Assembly: GCA_963666285.1 (NCBI GenBank)
Contig: OY762711.1
Source of the DNA: Sedimentisphaerales bacterium
GTDB taxonomy: Bacteria > Planctomycetota > Phycisphaerae > Sedimentisphaerales > SM23-30
DNA: 64,000 nucleotides
Direction: 5' to 3' (one strand)
Part shown: positions 18,265 to 28,800 of the stretch, in pieces
Layout of the letters: every line of letters begins with the position of its first letter
How positions within the stretch are numbered: position 1 is the stretch's first letter
The notes under the pieces: model-generated
The model's database searches: none
The model's input: the letters and a program-made list of their open reading frames with translations, nothing else
What the model was told of the DNA's origin: nothing
Position numbers and translations under genes: made by a program

Positions 18265-19830
18265 CTATGATTTTCGTTTACGAGGAATCTTGATTTTCCA
18301 GTCTTTAACTTTGTAGTTAAGCATCCGGGCAGTAATTCCAAGTGATTTTGCGGCAGATTCGATATGATAATCATTGGCCGCTAACGAATTCAAGACGATA
18401 TCCTGCTCAAACAGCCTCATCCTTTCCTTGAGGGCGATATTCACTTTGTCATTATTACCGGATGATTTTTGGCTACTATCGGGCAGATTGCCCGCTTCAA
18501 CAGTATTGCCCCTGCAAGTCAGAACAGCGTATTCGATCCAGTTCTGAAGTTCCCTGATATTGCCGCTCCATTTGTGGCTTAACAAAATATCAACAGCCTG
18601 GGGACTGAATCCCGAAATATTTTTGGCACAACTTTGGCAAAATCCAGTAAGGAAATAATTAGCCAGCGGGAGTATATCTTCTACCCTCTCACTTAAAGAC
18701 GGGATCGAGATACAGAAGCTATTGATACGATACCAAAGATCTTCGCGGAATTTACCGGATTTTACCATAGCTTCAATGTCAAGATTAGTAGCAAAAATAA
18801 ACCTGACATCAGCATTCATTAGTTTATTACTACCGACTTTCTGATATTGCCTTTCCTGGAAAAACCGCAGAAGTTTGACCTGAATTTCAGGCGAGAAATC
18901 ACCGATCTCGTCAAAAAACAGAGTGCCACCTTCTGCCCTGGCAATATAGCCATCATGCTCATTATCTGCTCCGGTGAATGCTCCTTTGACGTGTCCGAAC
19001 AGTTCACTTTCAAACAGAGTGCCGGTAATAGCAGTACAGTTAATTTTGACAATCGGCTTATCTGATCTACTGCTATGATGATGAATAGCTTCAGCAATTA
19101 GCTCCTTGCCAGTGCCAGATTCGCCGAGGAGCAGAACGTTTGTGTCATAGCCAGCGACCTGGCGTACCATATCCAGCACTTGCCTGATAGCAAGAGAATT
19201 GCCGATTATAACCAATTTTCCAGCTTGGTGTTCCAGTTGAGAACGAAGGCTATCGTTTTCATTGGCAAGCTGCTGCTTTTCCATGATAAGCTCTCTTTTT
19301 GAACTGACAATATTGGCAATTAAACCAGCGATAATGCTGAGAGTGTTTTGCTCAATAGTGAAATCACTGGCCGGATTATCATCAAACATAGAACTGAGCG
19401 TTCCGATACAACGGCCATTATAAATAATCGGAACACAGATCAAAGTAGAGCTTTGGTGATCTTTGATGTAATTACTCATCCTGCGGCATTTGCTGTAAAC
19501 CGAATTAGTATTTATGCCGGTAATAATTTCAGGTTGTCCGGAAGTGCGTACTTTCCTGGAGATTCCAGGGCCTTTGCTATGATCTTTTTCAGTTTTATTA
19601 TTGGCAACAGAATTAAGCTCTTCGCAACAGGCGACGACAATATCGGAATCCTTTTCACCGGATAAAATTATCCGGGTGGCGTATACCCCAAGCCTCTGTT
19701 CCATAATGTAAATCACATCAGAAAGGACATCCTTTTCGGGCCTGTTAAAATTACAGATACATTCCGAGATGTCACGAATAGCGGCAAAGAGTCGGGTTTG
19801 AAATACTTTGGTACTACAAAAATCAGTCAT
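18265..19830 (-). CDS. Sigma54-dependent enhancer-binding protein with GAF domain (NifA/FhlA-like architecture)
   Basis: GAF domain, Walker A GESGTGKE, GAFTGA, FFDEIG, Fis-type HTH. Start placed at ATG 19830 with RBS. Confidence 0.9.
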   Translation of the reverse strand: MTDFCSTKVFQTRLFAAIRDISECICNFNRPEKDVLSDVIYIMEQRLGVYATRIILSGEKDSDIVVACCEELNSVANNKTEKDHSKGPGISRKVRTSGQPEIITGINTNSVYSKCRRMSNYIKDHQSSTLICVPIIYNGRCIGTLSSMFDDNPASDFTIEQNTLSIIAGLIANIVSSKRELIMEKQQLANENDSLRSQLEHQAGKLVIIGNSLAIRQVLDMVRQVAGYDTNVLLLGESGTGKELIAEAIHHHSSRSDKPIVKINCTAITGTLFESELFGHVKGAFTGADNEHDGYIARAEGGTLFFDEIGDFSPEIQVKLLRFFQERQYQKVGSNKLMNADVRFIFATNLDIEAMVKSGKFREDLWYRINSFCISIPSLSERVEDILPLANYFLTGFCQSCAKNISGFSPQAVDILLSHKWSGNIRELQNWIEYAVLTCRGNTVEAGNLPDSSQKSSGNNDKVNIALKERMRLFEQDIVLNSLAANDYHIESAAKSLGITARMLNYKVKDWKIKIPRKRKS

Positions 19831-19892
19831 TTTATACCTTTTTCTTTCAATCAGAAAACTAATCAAACTTAGGGCGTACAAGCCGCACCTAA

Positions 19893-19965
19893 GAAAGTGT
19901 AAAGTGTAAAATAAAAATTGTAAAGGAGGTGTCGCTAACGCGACCTTGTTTTAAAAGCTGACGCA
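19893..19965 (+). repeat. REP-like module, family B copy
   Basis: (AAAGTGT)n, then GGTGTCGCTAACGCGACCTTGTTTTAAAAGCTGACGCA. Confidence 0.7.
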
Positions 19966-20229
19966 TATGTCGGCTCCTTTTATAATGATTGCAATTATGT
20001 ATATTGTAATATTTTATGAACGTTATAAATATAAACGACACATAAAACACAATGTTTTGAATGATAGTCGTATATATCAGTATGCACATATTACAATAAA
20101 CCGGAATACCCCCGAAATAATTCCCAAAACATGGAATATGGATTTAGGATACATACATTCACCTGAAATAGCAAAAGAAAAAATGCAATAAGTCCAATAA
20201 CTAATCCCCCCGTTAATTCATCAGTGAAC

Positions 20230-20267
20230 AAAAAAAGCGGCACTGAAATATATTCAGCACCGCTTTT
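20230..20267 (-). terminator. Intrinsic terminator
   Basis: A7-GCGG...CCGCTTTT stem. Confidence 0.65.
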
Positions 20268-20293
20268 GAAATCATTATAAAAAATAATTTTTA

Positions 20294-20812
20294 TTATTTT
20301 CTTCTGCAAATAAGGCTTAAACCACCGGCAGCCAAAGTAGCAATAGTCATCGGTTCCGGCACAGAGGCGTTACTAAGTTCTGACAGGAATATATCGTTTC
20401 CACCCATAATTTTAACGCCATAAGCGAAATCGCCGATACCGGCAAAACCATTTATATCAGAAACTGAAAGCGTAGCGTATTCGCCGGGGGCAAGTGTTTC
20501 AATTAAAGATGAAGCAATAACAGCACCTTCATCAATTACAACTAATGAATAATTAAAAGAATCGTTCGCATCGATATTTTTCACATCGATTTTGAAGGAA
20601 TAGAAGTCGGTTGCAGAAGAGTTAAGCTCTTCACCAACTATAACATAGCCATCATCACCGGCATTTACGCCGCGAACAGTAACCTGAATGGAATCACCAT
20701 CAACTGTCCATAAACCCGAATAGGCACCATAAGAATCAAGCTCTGTAAAATCAACAAGACCGGCGTTACAAATCCCAGCGACCAATAACAATAAAATTGA
20801 CATATATTTCAT
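20294..20812 (-). CDS. PEP-CTERM sorting domain protein
   Basis: Signal peptide; VPEPMTIATLAAGGLSLICRRK. Confidence 0.88.
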   Translation of the reverse strand: MKYMSILLLLVAGICNAGLVDFTELDSYGAYSGLWTVDGDSIQVTVRGVNAGDDGYVIVGEELNSSATDFYSFKIDVKNIDANDSFNYSLVVIDEGAVIASSLIETLAPGEYATLSVSDINGFAGIGDFAYGVKIMGGNDIFLSELSNASVPEPMTIATLAAGGLSLICRRK

Positions 20813-21048
20813 AGTAATAATCCTCTCTGTTCCTATGACAAAAGTTATTCTACAAATTCTACTAATCTCTTATTTTAACAGTACGTAGAAACGCCTGTAC
20901 CTCAATATACAATATGAAATATACGAGAGGCTAATTGCTGAGAGGAAAAAAAGTGATATTTTGAAAAATACCAAGATGATTCATTTGAAAAAACTGCATA
21001 ACCGTAATAAACAGCCATAAAATGCCTATATTAGCACTGCCGGGAGTG

Positions 21049-21696
21049 TTATTCCAGTAATGAAATATCGAAATCAGCAAGCGAACCGAGAACAAGATCG
21101 GCGGCGGAGGCATCCTGATGAGGCACCCCTTCAAGTACGAGAGCGACACATTTCATGCCAGCCTGTTTAGCGGCGTATATGCCTGCGGTTGAGTCTTCGA
21201 AGACGCAGCAATTTTCATATGGCAGGCCCAGTTTATCAGCTGCCATAACGTAGCAGGTTGGATCAGGCTTGCCAATATGATAGTCATCGCAGCTAAGCGA
21301 AAATGCCAGCTTATCATGCAGACCCATTTGCTCGATCGCGTTGTCGAGGTCTCTGCGAGAGCTGCCGGTGACAATGGCGACCGGATAGCCCTGGTCGGCT
21401 AGTTTTTTTAGGAGAGCTACCGACTCTGGGATAATTGTATCTCTTTCTGAAGAAAGCTTAACGAAATGTTCGTAGAGAGCATTATCCATGTCATATACAT
21501 CTTTAAAAGCATCCGGAAATTTTTCCAGAACAGCATAATAAATGTCTGTAAGTGCCCTGCCTATAACGAGTTCAGTAGCCTCGGCCATATTCATTTCAAG
21601 GCCGCGGGCGCCGGCAGCCTCTTTCATAGCCTCAATCCACAAAATTTCAGTGCTGAGCAATGTGCCGTCTAAATCAAAAAAGTAAGCTTCAATCAT
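21049..21696 (-). CDS. HAD-superfamily phosphatase (beta-PGM/YqaB-like)
   Basis: FDLDGTL, TGS, KPDP and FEDS motifs. Confidence 0.9.
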   Translation of the reverse strand: MIEAYFFDLDGTLLSTEILWIEAMKEAAGARGLEMNMAEATELVIGRALTDIYYAVLEKFPDAFKDVYDMDNALYEHFVKLSSERDTIIPESVALLKKLADQGYPVAIVTGSSRRDLDNAIEQMGLHDKLAFSLSCDDYHIGKPDPTCYVMAADKLGLPYENCCVFEDSTAGIYAAKQAGMKCVALVLEGVPHQDASAADLVLGSLADFDISLLE

Positions 21697-21858
21697 AAAT
21701 CAATACCCTGTTTTCAATTCTACTCTGTCCTAATCCTGATAAAAATAACATTTTACATAAAAAATGCTTGCATATCATCAATATTATCAGTAAATTGTTA
21801 TGTCTTGACGCAGATTAGGTTTAGATTATATTTTGCATCGAGAAACAATGAAATAACC

Positions 21859-21948
21859 GGAGAGATGGCAGAGCGGCTGAATGCAACGGTTTGCTAAACC
21901 GTCGTGTGGGAAATTCCCGCACCGCGGGTTCGAATCCCGCTCTCTCCG
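21859..21948 (+). tRNA. tRNA-Ser (anticodon GCT), CCA not encoded
   Basis: GGAGAGA/TCTCTCC acceptor stem, anticodon arm ACGGT-TTGCTAA-ACCGT, long variable arm, GGTTCGAATCC T-loop. Confidence 0.97.
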
Positions 21949-21953
21949 TTACC

Positions 21954-21989
21954 AATCCTTGTTTTTAGCTTAAAAATAAGGATTTTTTT
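21954..21989 (+). terminator. Hairpin/terminator after tRNA-Ser (island-derived)
   Basis: AATCCTTGTTTTTA-gct-TAAAAATAAGGATT followed by a T run. Confidence 0.6.
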
Positions 21990-22299
21990 ATTTTAAAAAC
22001 ACTCAAAGTCTATTGGAAAGTCTATAAAATTAGTTTCATAAGTCTTTATTTTTAACTAGTTTATAAATTGATAGATTTTAGAAATATTCAGAATAAATAT
22101 TTTTTTTATTTTCCCTGAGAAAATCACACGCAAAAAAAGATGATTAAGGTTGTGGTGATCAGGGAACAGGGTTTTTAAGATGTCGAGGGGGCTGGGTATA
22201 AGTAGTGGTAATTAACAACCTGAATTAAACTCTGTCCCTGTCGGACTACTTTTTATATATACAGATGAAACAAAAAATGTAGACCTTGAAACTGAAACC

Positions 22300-22557
22300 T
22301 TGTTAGCAGCTGAGCAAGTTACAGACTATGTAATAGCACATTATTATAAATATTGGGAGGGTTTTAAAACTATATTAAAAGAGCCTGAGTATTCGGAATT
22401 AGAGTCTATATACTCAAAAATTAAAAAGTGGATAGATAGTGAATGGAATTTGCGTTTGGTACAAAAACAACTAGGACATTCGAAGATTACAACCACCCAG
22501 GTTTATGCAGATGTAATGCAACCTGAGATACTAAGTACCATGAATAGAATGGCTTAG
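22300..22557 (+). pseudogene. Tyrosine recombinase/integrase C-terminal fragment
   Basis: WNLRLVQKQLGHSKITTTQVYADV contains the box II LGH...Y catalytic motif; the rest of the integrase is absent. Confidence 0.8.
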
Positions 22558-22711
22558 ATTGAATTTTGACAATATTATACTTGAAAACAACATAATATAG
22601 ATGATAATTGTATGTAAGCTAATATTTAGCTTGCTGGGTTAGAAAAAGAGTGCAGACTGAGTGTTCTTGGTCAGCCAAATGAGAAGTGTTTATATTTTAA
22701 GGAGTTACGTA

Positions 22712-25700
22712 ATGAAATTTGGGAAGTCTTCTTTAGTTAAGTTAATTGCTATTATTTTTATTTTTTCCTTTGTTTCGTCGTTAAAAGCCGATTTTTCAAT
22801 TGAGGTTGCAGGGAATCAATTCAAGGAAATTACAGAGGTTGATTATCTGGATGACATACAATTGTCTATTGTAGCTTCAGATAAGTCAGACCTAAAAGAG
22901 GATTTTGCACTTATCTTGTCATCTAATGACGGAACTTTTGGACCTGACTGTGAAGCTATGATTCTTATTACTCCTAAAACTATCAAGAAATATTCTCCTA
23001 TTTCTTTTAACTATAAGAGTACTAGCGGGATGGGCCTTATTAGACTACAAGCTGCCAAGGAAATGACTGTAACCTATAACGATGAACAGATTTCAGTTCC
23101 GCCAACAACTGAAATCTTCCAAATAGCAGTTTTTGATATGACCCTTGATGTTGCCAAAGAAGCAGACCCGACAAGAACATATGAAGCTATAACTTTCTCT
23201 TCCAACTATAATGCTTTAAATTATGTACCTCCAGTGAAAATAACAAAACCTACTTCCCTTACTAAAGCATCAGAGCCAATACTTTTAAACGAGACAATTG
23301 ATGAAGAAGTCGAAGAGACATTAAAGGCATATTTATCTAGTGAAAAGTCTGTTAGTTTCAGTCAGGACGAATGGGCAAGGATGTCTAATTATGATGCTCA
23401 AAATAACGCTTTCACTTTAGGGGATTTGGATAAGGTCGAGCCAGTTGCTTATGACATTAAAATTACAAAAGAAGATATTAAAACATTACCTGCTTTAGAT
23501 ATTTACACAAAGCTTGATTCGAGTATTGAAGTTTCTACAGCCAAATTAAACAATCTGACGCAGACAGATATATATTCTGAATATGTATCAAATAAGAAAG
23601 TAGTCTTAGAAAGCACTACCTCTTTAGATGAGTCCTTCGATTTATACATGCAAAGTCCGATTGCTACTTTATCAAGCGAAACTACTCTGCCACCTTATGA
23701 TGATTGGAGTTGGAATATAGACCCCAATTATTGTGTATATATTACAGAGAGGGACCTATCTGAATCACAGGTTTGGGACCCTAATAATATTTATATTATT
23801 ACCGACCCTCCACTTATAATTTCTGATGCAAAGTCTCTTAAAATCCCCTCTGGAACTCAGATATATTATACTATCAACCTTGAAGAATGGGTAAATGTGT
23901 TTGAAGTTGAAAATGGGGGAATTTTGGAAACAGACTATGAGGTTTCAGATAACCCTAAAAAGAACGATCCTGTTTCAATTCTACCTTTAACGGATGATGA
24001 TGTAATAGATGAGTCAGTGATGAATAATATGAGTATATTGATCAAAACATCAGCTTCACCTGATTGTCGAATCAAAAATGTAATAACGTATAAATGTAGA
24101 TATGGTATCTATAATGCAGCTGAACTTAATACAAGTATTTCAGACAATTATGTATATTATTGTGAATTTGGTATCACTTCAGGTGGCAATAATATTATAT
24201 CCAATAATTTATGTTATGGGTGTGGAATCCAAGGCGAAGATGGCTATGATGATTATGGCTGGGGCATTTATATGGTTCCCGTTATTGTTCCAGAGGATAC
24301 AGATGTATCAGAGCTGAACATTAATTCAATTGAATATGGCATATACAATAACACTATACTGCATACATTTGGACATGCCATCAAAGCTAGTGGTATGATC
24401 CCCGAATATCAAGCAGCTGGACTGCCAATTCCTAATATTTATATAGAAAAGAATTACACAGCATTTTCATCTGTGTATTCTTATAATTTATTCAATACTT
24501 TCAACCTCAGCGGAATATATTGGGCGGGATTATCTTATGAGCCCGTTACGCCAATTAATATTACTGCTATGCCTTTTTACTGTCCGGTTGTGCAGAATAC
24601 AGGTTATGTACTAGACGAAGAAGGGAGTTGGAATATATATTTGAATCCAAGTTCAGACTTTGTACACCAGGTAAGATATGATGATTATTTGAATGTAATA
24701 AATCTTGTTAAAACAGATTATTATAATATATATTCATCGTCGGCAATCGAAGGTGATGTACCCTCTAGGTGTGGTGCTATTGGCAGACACTATTACACTG
24801 ATTTTACCGGAACTATCAAGGCCACATCATGTGATATTGCTCCGGCAATACGAGATTACGTGGTAGATCAGCAAGATTTAGACTTTTTAATGTCTTATTA
24901 TTCCCAGGTTGTGCCAACATACACTGAAATCGATTACGAAAAAGCCGATCCTAATGTTTTGGGTAATTTTGTAAAAGACTATAATATTGATTTGCAAGAC
25001 TTCGCACTATTTTCTAGTCACTGGCAATGCAGTGCTGATCCAAATATTATTTCAGAGCCAAATGAGGCTGATTATGACCTTGATGGTGATCTGTGGGTAG
25101 ATTTAGATGACCTATCTATATTTGTAACTAATTTTGGGTATGAAATACCAACTAAAACATTTATTCATGATTACGCAGACCCAAATTTGGTAAGGGCAGA
25201 TATAAATGGTGACTTCGTTGTTGATGATCTTGATAGAGATTTGCTGATTGCCGAAATGGGACAAGGATTAGTGTCGTCGGAAGTCCCAAATATAACAGCA
25301 AGTTTTAGAAGTTTGACAGAACCAAATTATCCTGATGACTTATTAAGTTGGAGCAATTTAAAGGGTTCTGTTGAGGTCGAAATTGAACCCATAAGTGATG
25401 TACATACAATTGAAGTGATGTTGCAAAGAAATCGTATTGGAAAAATTTCTTATTTTGATGATGGAGAGCATTTCAATAAATTTAGGATTAAAACACAAAA
25501 CTACAAACCAGGAGAGTATGAATTAGAATTTAGCCTTCACTACAATGACGGTTCTATTTCACAAATTAAGCAAGTAGTTAATTTTACTAACAATAAGCTT
25601 CATTCTATTGATATTCCAACTGTCTTAGACGAAGATACCTATCGTCTTCAGTTTTGTAACGGGACCGAAAGTACTTTGCTACAAGTATTTGATTTGCAAA

Positions 25701-26767
25701 CACAAGAACTCCTACATGAGAATATTTATGAGGGTTATAATGTAGATGTTTTGCTTGATCCTGATTTTAACGGGGCAGATAGGGTTGTATTCCATCTAGA
25801 AGCGTTAGATCCTGAACCCATTGAAACAATGCTTCTGGAAGGGGTAACAACAATGAGTTCTTCGGGGAACTACAAAGATCCTGATACAGAAAAGGATACA
25901 AGAAAGAAACGGAAGAAAAGGAAAAAAAGAGAAGGCGAAGATGACGACAACTTTGAATTACTAATCTCGATTCCAGATGAAAGCCTTGAAAGGTTTGTTG
26001 ATGATATTATGGAATTTATTATTGATGCATGTTATATCGGAGACGACCCTAATGAAGCTAATTGTGTTGTGCCATATGTAATTTACGATGGTGTAGAGTT
26101 TAACTGGGACGATTTTGAAGAGGGTGTAAAAAGCAATGATATGAAATACTGGATAAACTTTTCACACGGAGAATACGATGAGGTTCGAGGGAGGACGTAT
26201 ACTGTAATATGGAAAAACATACCAGGGACTGAAGAGTATTATCCTACAAGACTGTATTCTTTCCGCTTCCCAACAAATTCCATGACAGATGCTTTATTAG
26301 CAGAAAAATACTGTTATATGTCTGATCTTGGGCTTGAAAACTCACCAAAGCTACAATTTATCTATAACTTTGCATGTAAATCAGGAAAAACCCTTCATCA
26401 GTATGGCAACAACTATAACGATTTTGCTGATGCTTGCGGCGTATATTCAACGTATTATAGTAATTATCAAGCCTATTTTGGTTTTAATGATAATTTTGTT
26501 GCTTATGATGGAATAGGAGACTATATTGAACTTTTGACTAGAGCTGAAGAATTCCATAAAAGATTCTTTATTAACCTGAAACTTAGAGTCTCATTTAATT
26601 CTGCTCTTGGCTTAACAGTTGGGGATTCAGGTAAAGCTGTAAGAGAATTAATACAGGGCTACGATATAGAATGGGATTTTCCGTATGATGAAAGTAAAGA
26701 CCCTATCTATCAAGATAGCCTAAGAATATATCCTTGGACTGATTTGAATATGATTCATTTCAACTAA
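22712..26767 (+). CDS. Large secreted multidomain protein: beta-helix-like repeats, dockerin/EF-hand-like repeats, C-terminal caspase/gingipain-like His-Cys domain
   Basis: RBS AAGGAG and signal peptide; DLDGDLWVDLDDL and DINGDFVVDDLD; FSHG...NFAC. Start placed at ATG 22712. Confidence 0.75.
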   Translation: MKFGKSSLVKLIAIIFIFSFVSSLKADFSIEVAGNQFKEITEVDYLDDIQLSIVASDKSDLKEDFALILSSNDGTFGPDCEAMILITPKTIKKYSPISFNYKSTSGMGLIRLQAAKEMTVTYNDEQISVPPTTEIFQIAVFDMTLDVAKEADPTRTYEAITFSSNYNALNYVPPVKITKPTSLTKASEPILLNETIDEEVEETLKAYLSSEKSVSFSQDEWARMSNYDAQNNAFTLGDLDKVEPVAYDIKITKEDIKTLPALDIYTKLDSSIEVSTAKLNNLTQTDIYSEYVSNKKVVLESTTSLDESFDLYMQSPIATLSSETTLPPYDDWSWNIDPNYCVYITERDLSESQVWDPNNIYIITDPPLIISDAKSLKIPSGTQIYYTINLEEWVNVFEVENGGILETDYEVSDNPKKNDPVSILPLTDDDVIDESVMNNMSILIKTSASPDCRIKNVITYKCRYGIYNAAELNTSISDNYVYYCEFGITSGGNNIISNNLCYGCGIQGEDGYDDYGWGIYMVPVIVPEDTDVSELNINSIEYGIYNNTILHTFGHAIKASGMIPEYQAAGLPIPNIYIEKNYTAFSSVYSYNLFNTFNLSGIYWAGLSYEPVTPINITAMPFYCPVVQNTGYVLDEEGSWNIYLNPSSDFVHQVRYDDYLNVINLVKTDYYNIYSSSAIEGDVPSRCGAIGRHYYTDFTGTIKATSCDIAPAIRDYVVDQQDLDFLMSYYSQVVPTYTEIDYEKADPNVLGNFVKDYNIDLQDFALFSSHWQCSADPNIISEPNEADYDLDGDLWVDLDDLSIFVTNFGYEIPTKTFIHDYADPNLVRADINGDFVVDDLDRDLLIAEMGQGLVSSEVPNITASFRSLTEPNYPDDLLSWSNLKGSVEVEIEPISDVHTIEVMLQRNRIGKISYFDDGEHFNKFRIKTQNYKPGEYELEFSLHYNDGSISQIKQVVNFTNNKLHSIDIPTVLDEDTYRLQFCNGTESTLLQVFDLQTQELLHENIYEGYNVDVLLDPDFNGADRVVFHLEALDPEPIETMLLEGVTTMSSSGNYKDPDTEKDTRKKRKKRKKREGEDDDNFELLISIPDESLERFVDDIMEFIIDACYIGDDPNEANCVVPYVIYDGVEFNWDDFEEGVKSNDMKYWINFSHGEYDEVRGRTYTVIWKNIPGTEEYYPTRLYSFRFPTNSMTDALLAEKYCYMSDLGLENSPKLQFIYNFACKSGKTLHQYGNNYNDFADACGVYSTYYSNYQAYFGFNDNFVAYDGIGDYIELLTRAEEFHKRFFINLKLRVSFNSALGLTVGDSGKAVRELIQGYDIEWDFPYDESKDPIYQDSLRIYPWTDLNMIHFN

Positions 26768-26792
26768 TATAATTATTAGGAGCTTATTAGCT

Positions 26793-27614
26793 ATGAATAT
26801 TAAAATTTTTATAGTCGTTGCTATTGCGTTGGCTTTACTCTGTGGTTTTGGATTAGGTTATATATCTCGTACGCCCGATAGTAAAGAGGCTCAAAAAAAC
26901 CGAAAAGAACTAGAACAGCTTAAAGAATATGCAGAATTTTCAGGTGAATTTGAAATCAAGAAGGTTTCAAATGTAAAAAAAAGAGAATTACCAAAACTTG
27001 AAAAAGATATAATTATTTACTCTGAAAATGAGGATTTCTTTCCATTATCTGTTTATTACTGGATTGGTAGTGGATGGGGAATCGATACTGTAAATGAGGT
27101 ATACTCTGCTAAATTTCGTGGAGCATTTAACCTTATTGATGTTTACCCTACTTCTATAACTTATTTTAAAAAAGATATGCCGTCACTAAATTCAGACTTT
27201 GAAACATATTCCAAAGTTAAAATATTTAGAAACCAAGAAGAAATAAAATCTATTGCCGACAAACTTGAGAATCCTGGAATTTATTACGACCCCTCCGATT
27301 ATGAAGGCTGGAGTCAGGATCGGAAAGATCGCATTCGTGGTAGAAATAAGCCTGAAGATGATACTGACTATGGTAGAGAAATTCTAACGGATTTATCCAA
27401 ACGCAACGATATATTAATATTGGATTATGGTTACATTAAAGTTGCAGTTTCTTTTATTAGTAAAGAAGTTTTTGATAGAGCCACAAAACAAACAGATATA
27501 GACATTATTTCATATCATGGAAGTTCTAATGAATTATGCGAATTACTTAAAATATATGGGGAATCTCCTGATATTTTGTGGAAAAAAGAATATAAAATAG
27601 GAATAGGGCATTAG
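26793..27614 (+). CDS. Hypothetical membrane-anchored protein
   Basis: RBS AGGAG, N-terminal TM segment, 25 nt after the large gene. Confidence 0.7.
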   Translation: MNIKIFIVVAIALALLCGFGLGYISRTPDSKEAQKNRKELEQLKEYAEFSGEFEIKKVSNVKKRELPKLEKDIIIYSENEDFFPLSVYYWIGSGWGIDTVNEVYSAKFRGAFNLIDVYPTSITYFKKDMPSLNSDFETYSKVKIFRNQEEIKSIADKLENPGIYYDPSDYEGWSQDRKDRIRGRNKPEDDTDYGREILTDLSKRNDILILDYGYIKVAVSFISKEVFDRATKQTDIDIISYHGSSNELCELLKIYGESPDILWKKEYKIGIGH

Positions 27615-27730
27615 CGTTTTAATTCCTATCTAATTTCTACGCATGAAAGTTTGATAGCATTTATACAATTACATTGTATGTAAGGCAATGAAATAAAAGA
27701 TGTAAATATAATAATTGAAGGGAATATAAT

Positions 27731-28681
27731 ATGAGAAATACTACTATTTTGCTTTTTATATTATTCATAGCACACCAAGCTAAGTGTTATTCAATAGAGG
27801 GGTATTTTGGTTTACATAACAGTCAATATATTTCAGTTAACCTTGAAAACAACCAAGAGTCTATAGGTATCCTTGGGCCAAAAACAAATTCAGACCCAAC
27901 AGTATCGTCATACTCTTCGATAACGCTTGACTCCTCCGGGAACGTATATTGTATCGATAATGAGACGTTTGATATCTGTAAAATAGATGATTTATCATCG
28001 GGGCATTCTACAATAGTTGCTAATATCCCTGGTATCAAAAATATTGAAGTTGCAAATGGTGCAATCTATGGTCACACTTCATCTGCATTATACACAATTC
28101 AGGCAAACTCAATTTCTAAATTGTGTGACCTTGATAACTTTCAGGATATAGCTGTAAGTGAAAACGGAAGAATAATTGGTATAAAATATCTTGTTATTGA
28201 CGACCCGCTTACATTGCTAACAGGTGGCCCCAAGGATTCTGGTTTGTACGAAATTGATCAACATACTGGTCTAGCGTCAAGGATTTCTGAGTATGTAGAA
28301 ACGGCAGAAAACTCTATATTTACATCAGAACTGCTTGTGTCAGATTCAGAGAGCGTATTTATAGATAAAATTAACGCATCGGGAGATATATGTTTTTCAA
28401 ATGATGGAGGGTTTTGGCTAAGATACTCAGGTGGAATTTATAATGTAGATATAGATAACTTAGAAAACTTTAAGGGTGATTATAAATCATATGCTGTTCC
28501 TCCATGGTCTACAGTTACTCCTAAATACGGAGAATTTGAATACTATCCGTCGACTGAATATCCTTTAGATACCACTAACTTTGATTCATTTGTCGATTCT
28601 TTTGATGTGTATGTAACTCCTGAACCATTATCACTATTAACCTTAGGTTTTGGAGCGATACTTTTGAATAGACGTAAATAA
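27731..28681 (+). CDS. PEP-CTERM protein (possible beta-propeller)
   Basis: Signal peptide; TPEPLSLLTLGFGAILLNRRK. Confidence 0.8.
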   Translation: MRNTTILLFILFIAHQAKCYSIEGYFGLHNSQYISVNLENNQESIGILGPKTNSDPTVSSYSSITLDSSGNVYCIDNETFDICKIDDLSSGHSTIVANIPGIKNIEVANGAIYGHTSSALYTIQANSISKLCDLDNFQDIAVSENGRIIGIKYLVIDDPLTLLTGGPKDSGLYEIDQHTGLASRISEYVETAENSIFTSELLVSDSESVFIDKINASGDICFSNDGGFWLRYSGGIYNVDIDNLENFKGDYKSYAVPPWSTVTPKYGEFEYYPSTEYPLDTTNFDSFVDSFDVYVTPEPLSLLTLGFGAILLNRRK

Positions 28682-28800
28682 TTAAGACACTCAATTTTGG
28701 CTGGTGCGGTTTTGTCCTGAATTTTTCCCTTCTGAATCCCGACCATAACATCATAAGGGCAGGATCGTACCGGCTTTTTTTGTAAACCGATTTATAAGTT

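Noticed and set aside
18265..19830. Calling the activator nifA
   Set aside because: The architecture is NifA-like, but there are no nif genes nearby and GAF-AAA-Fis is shared by many activators.
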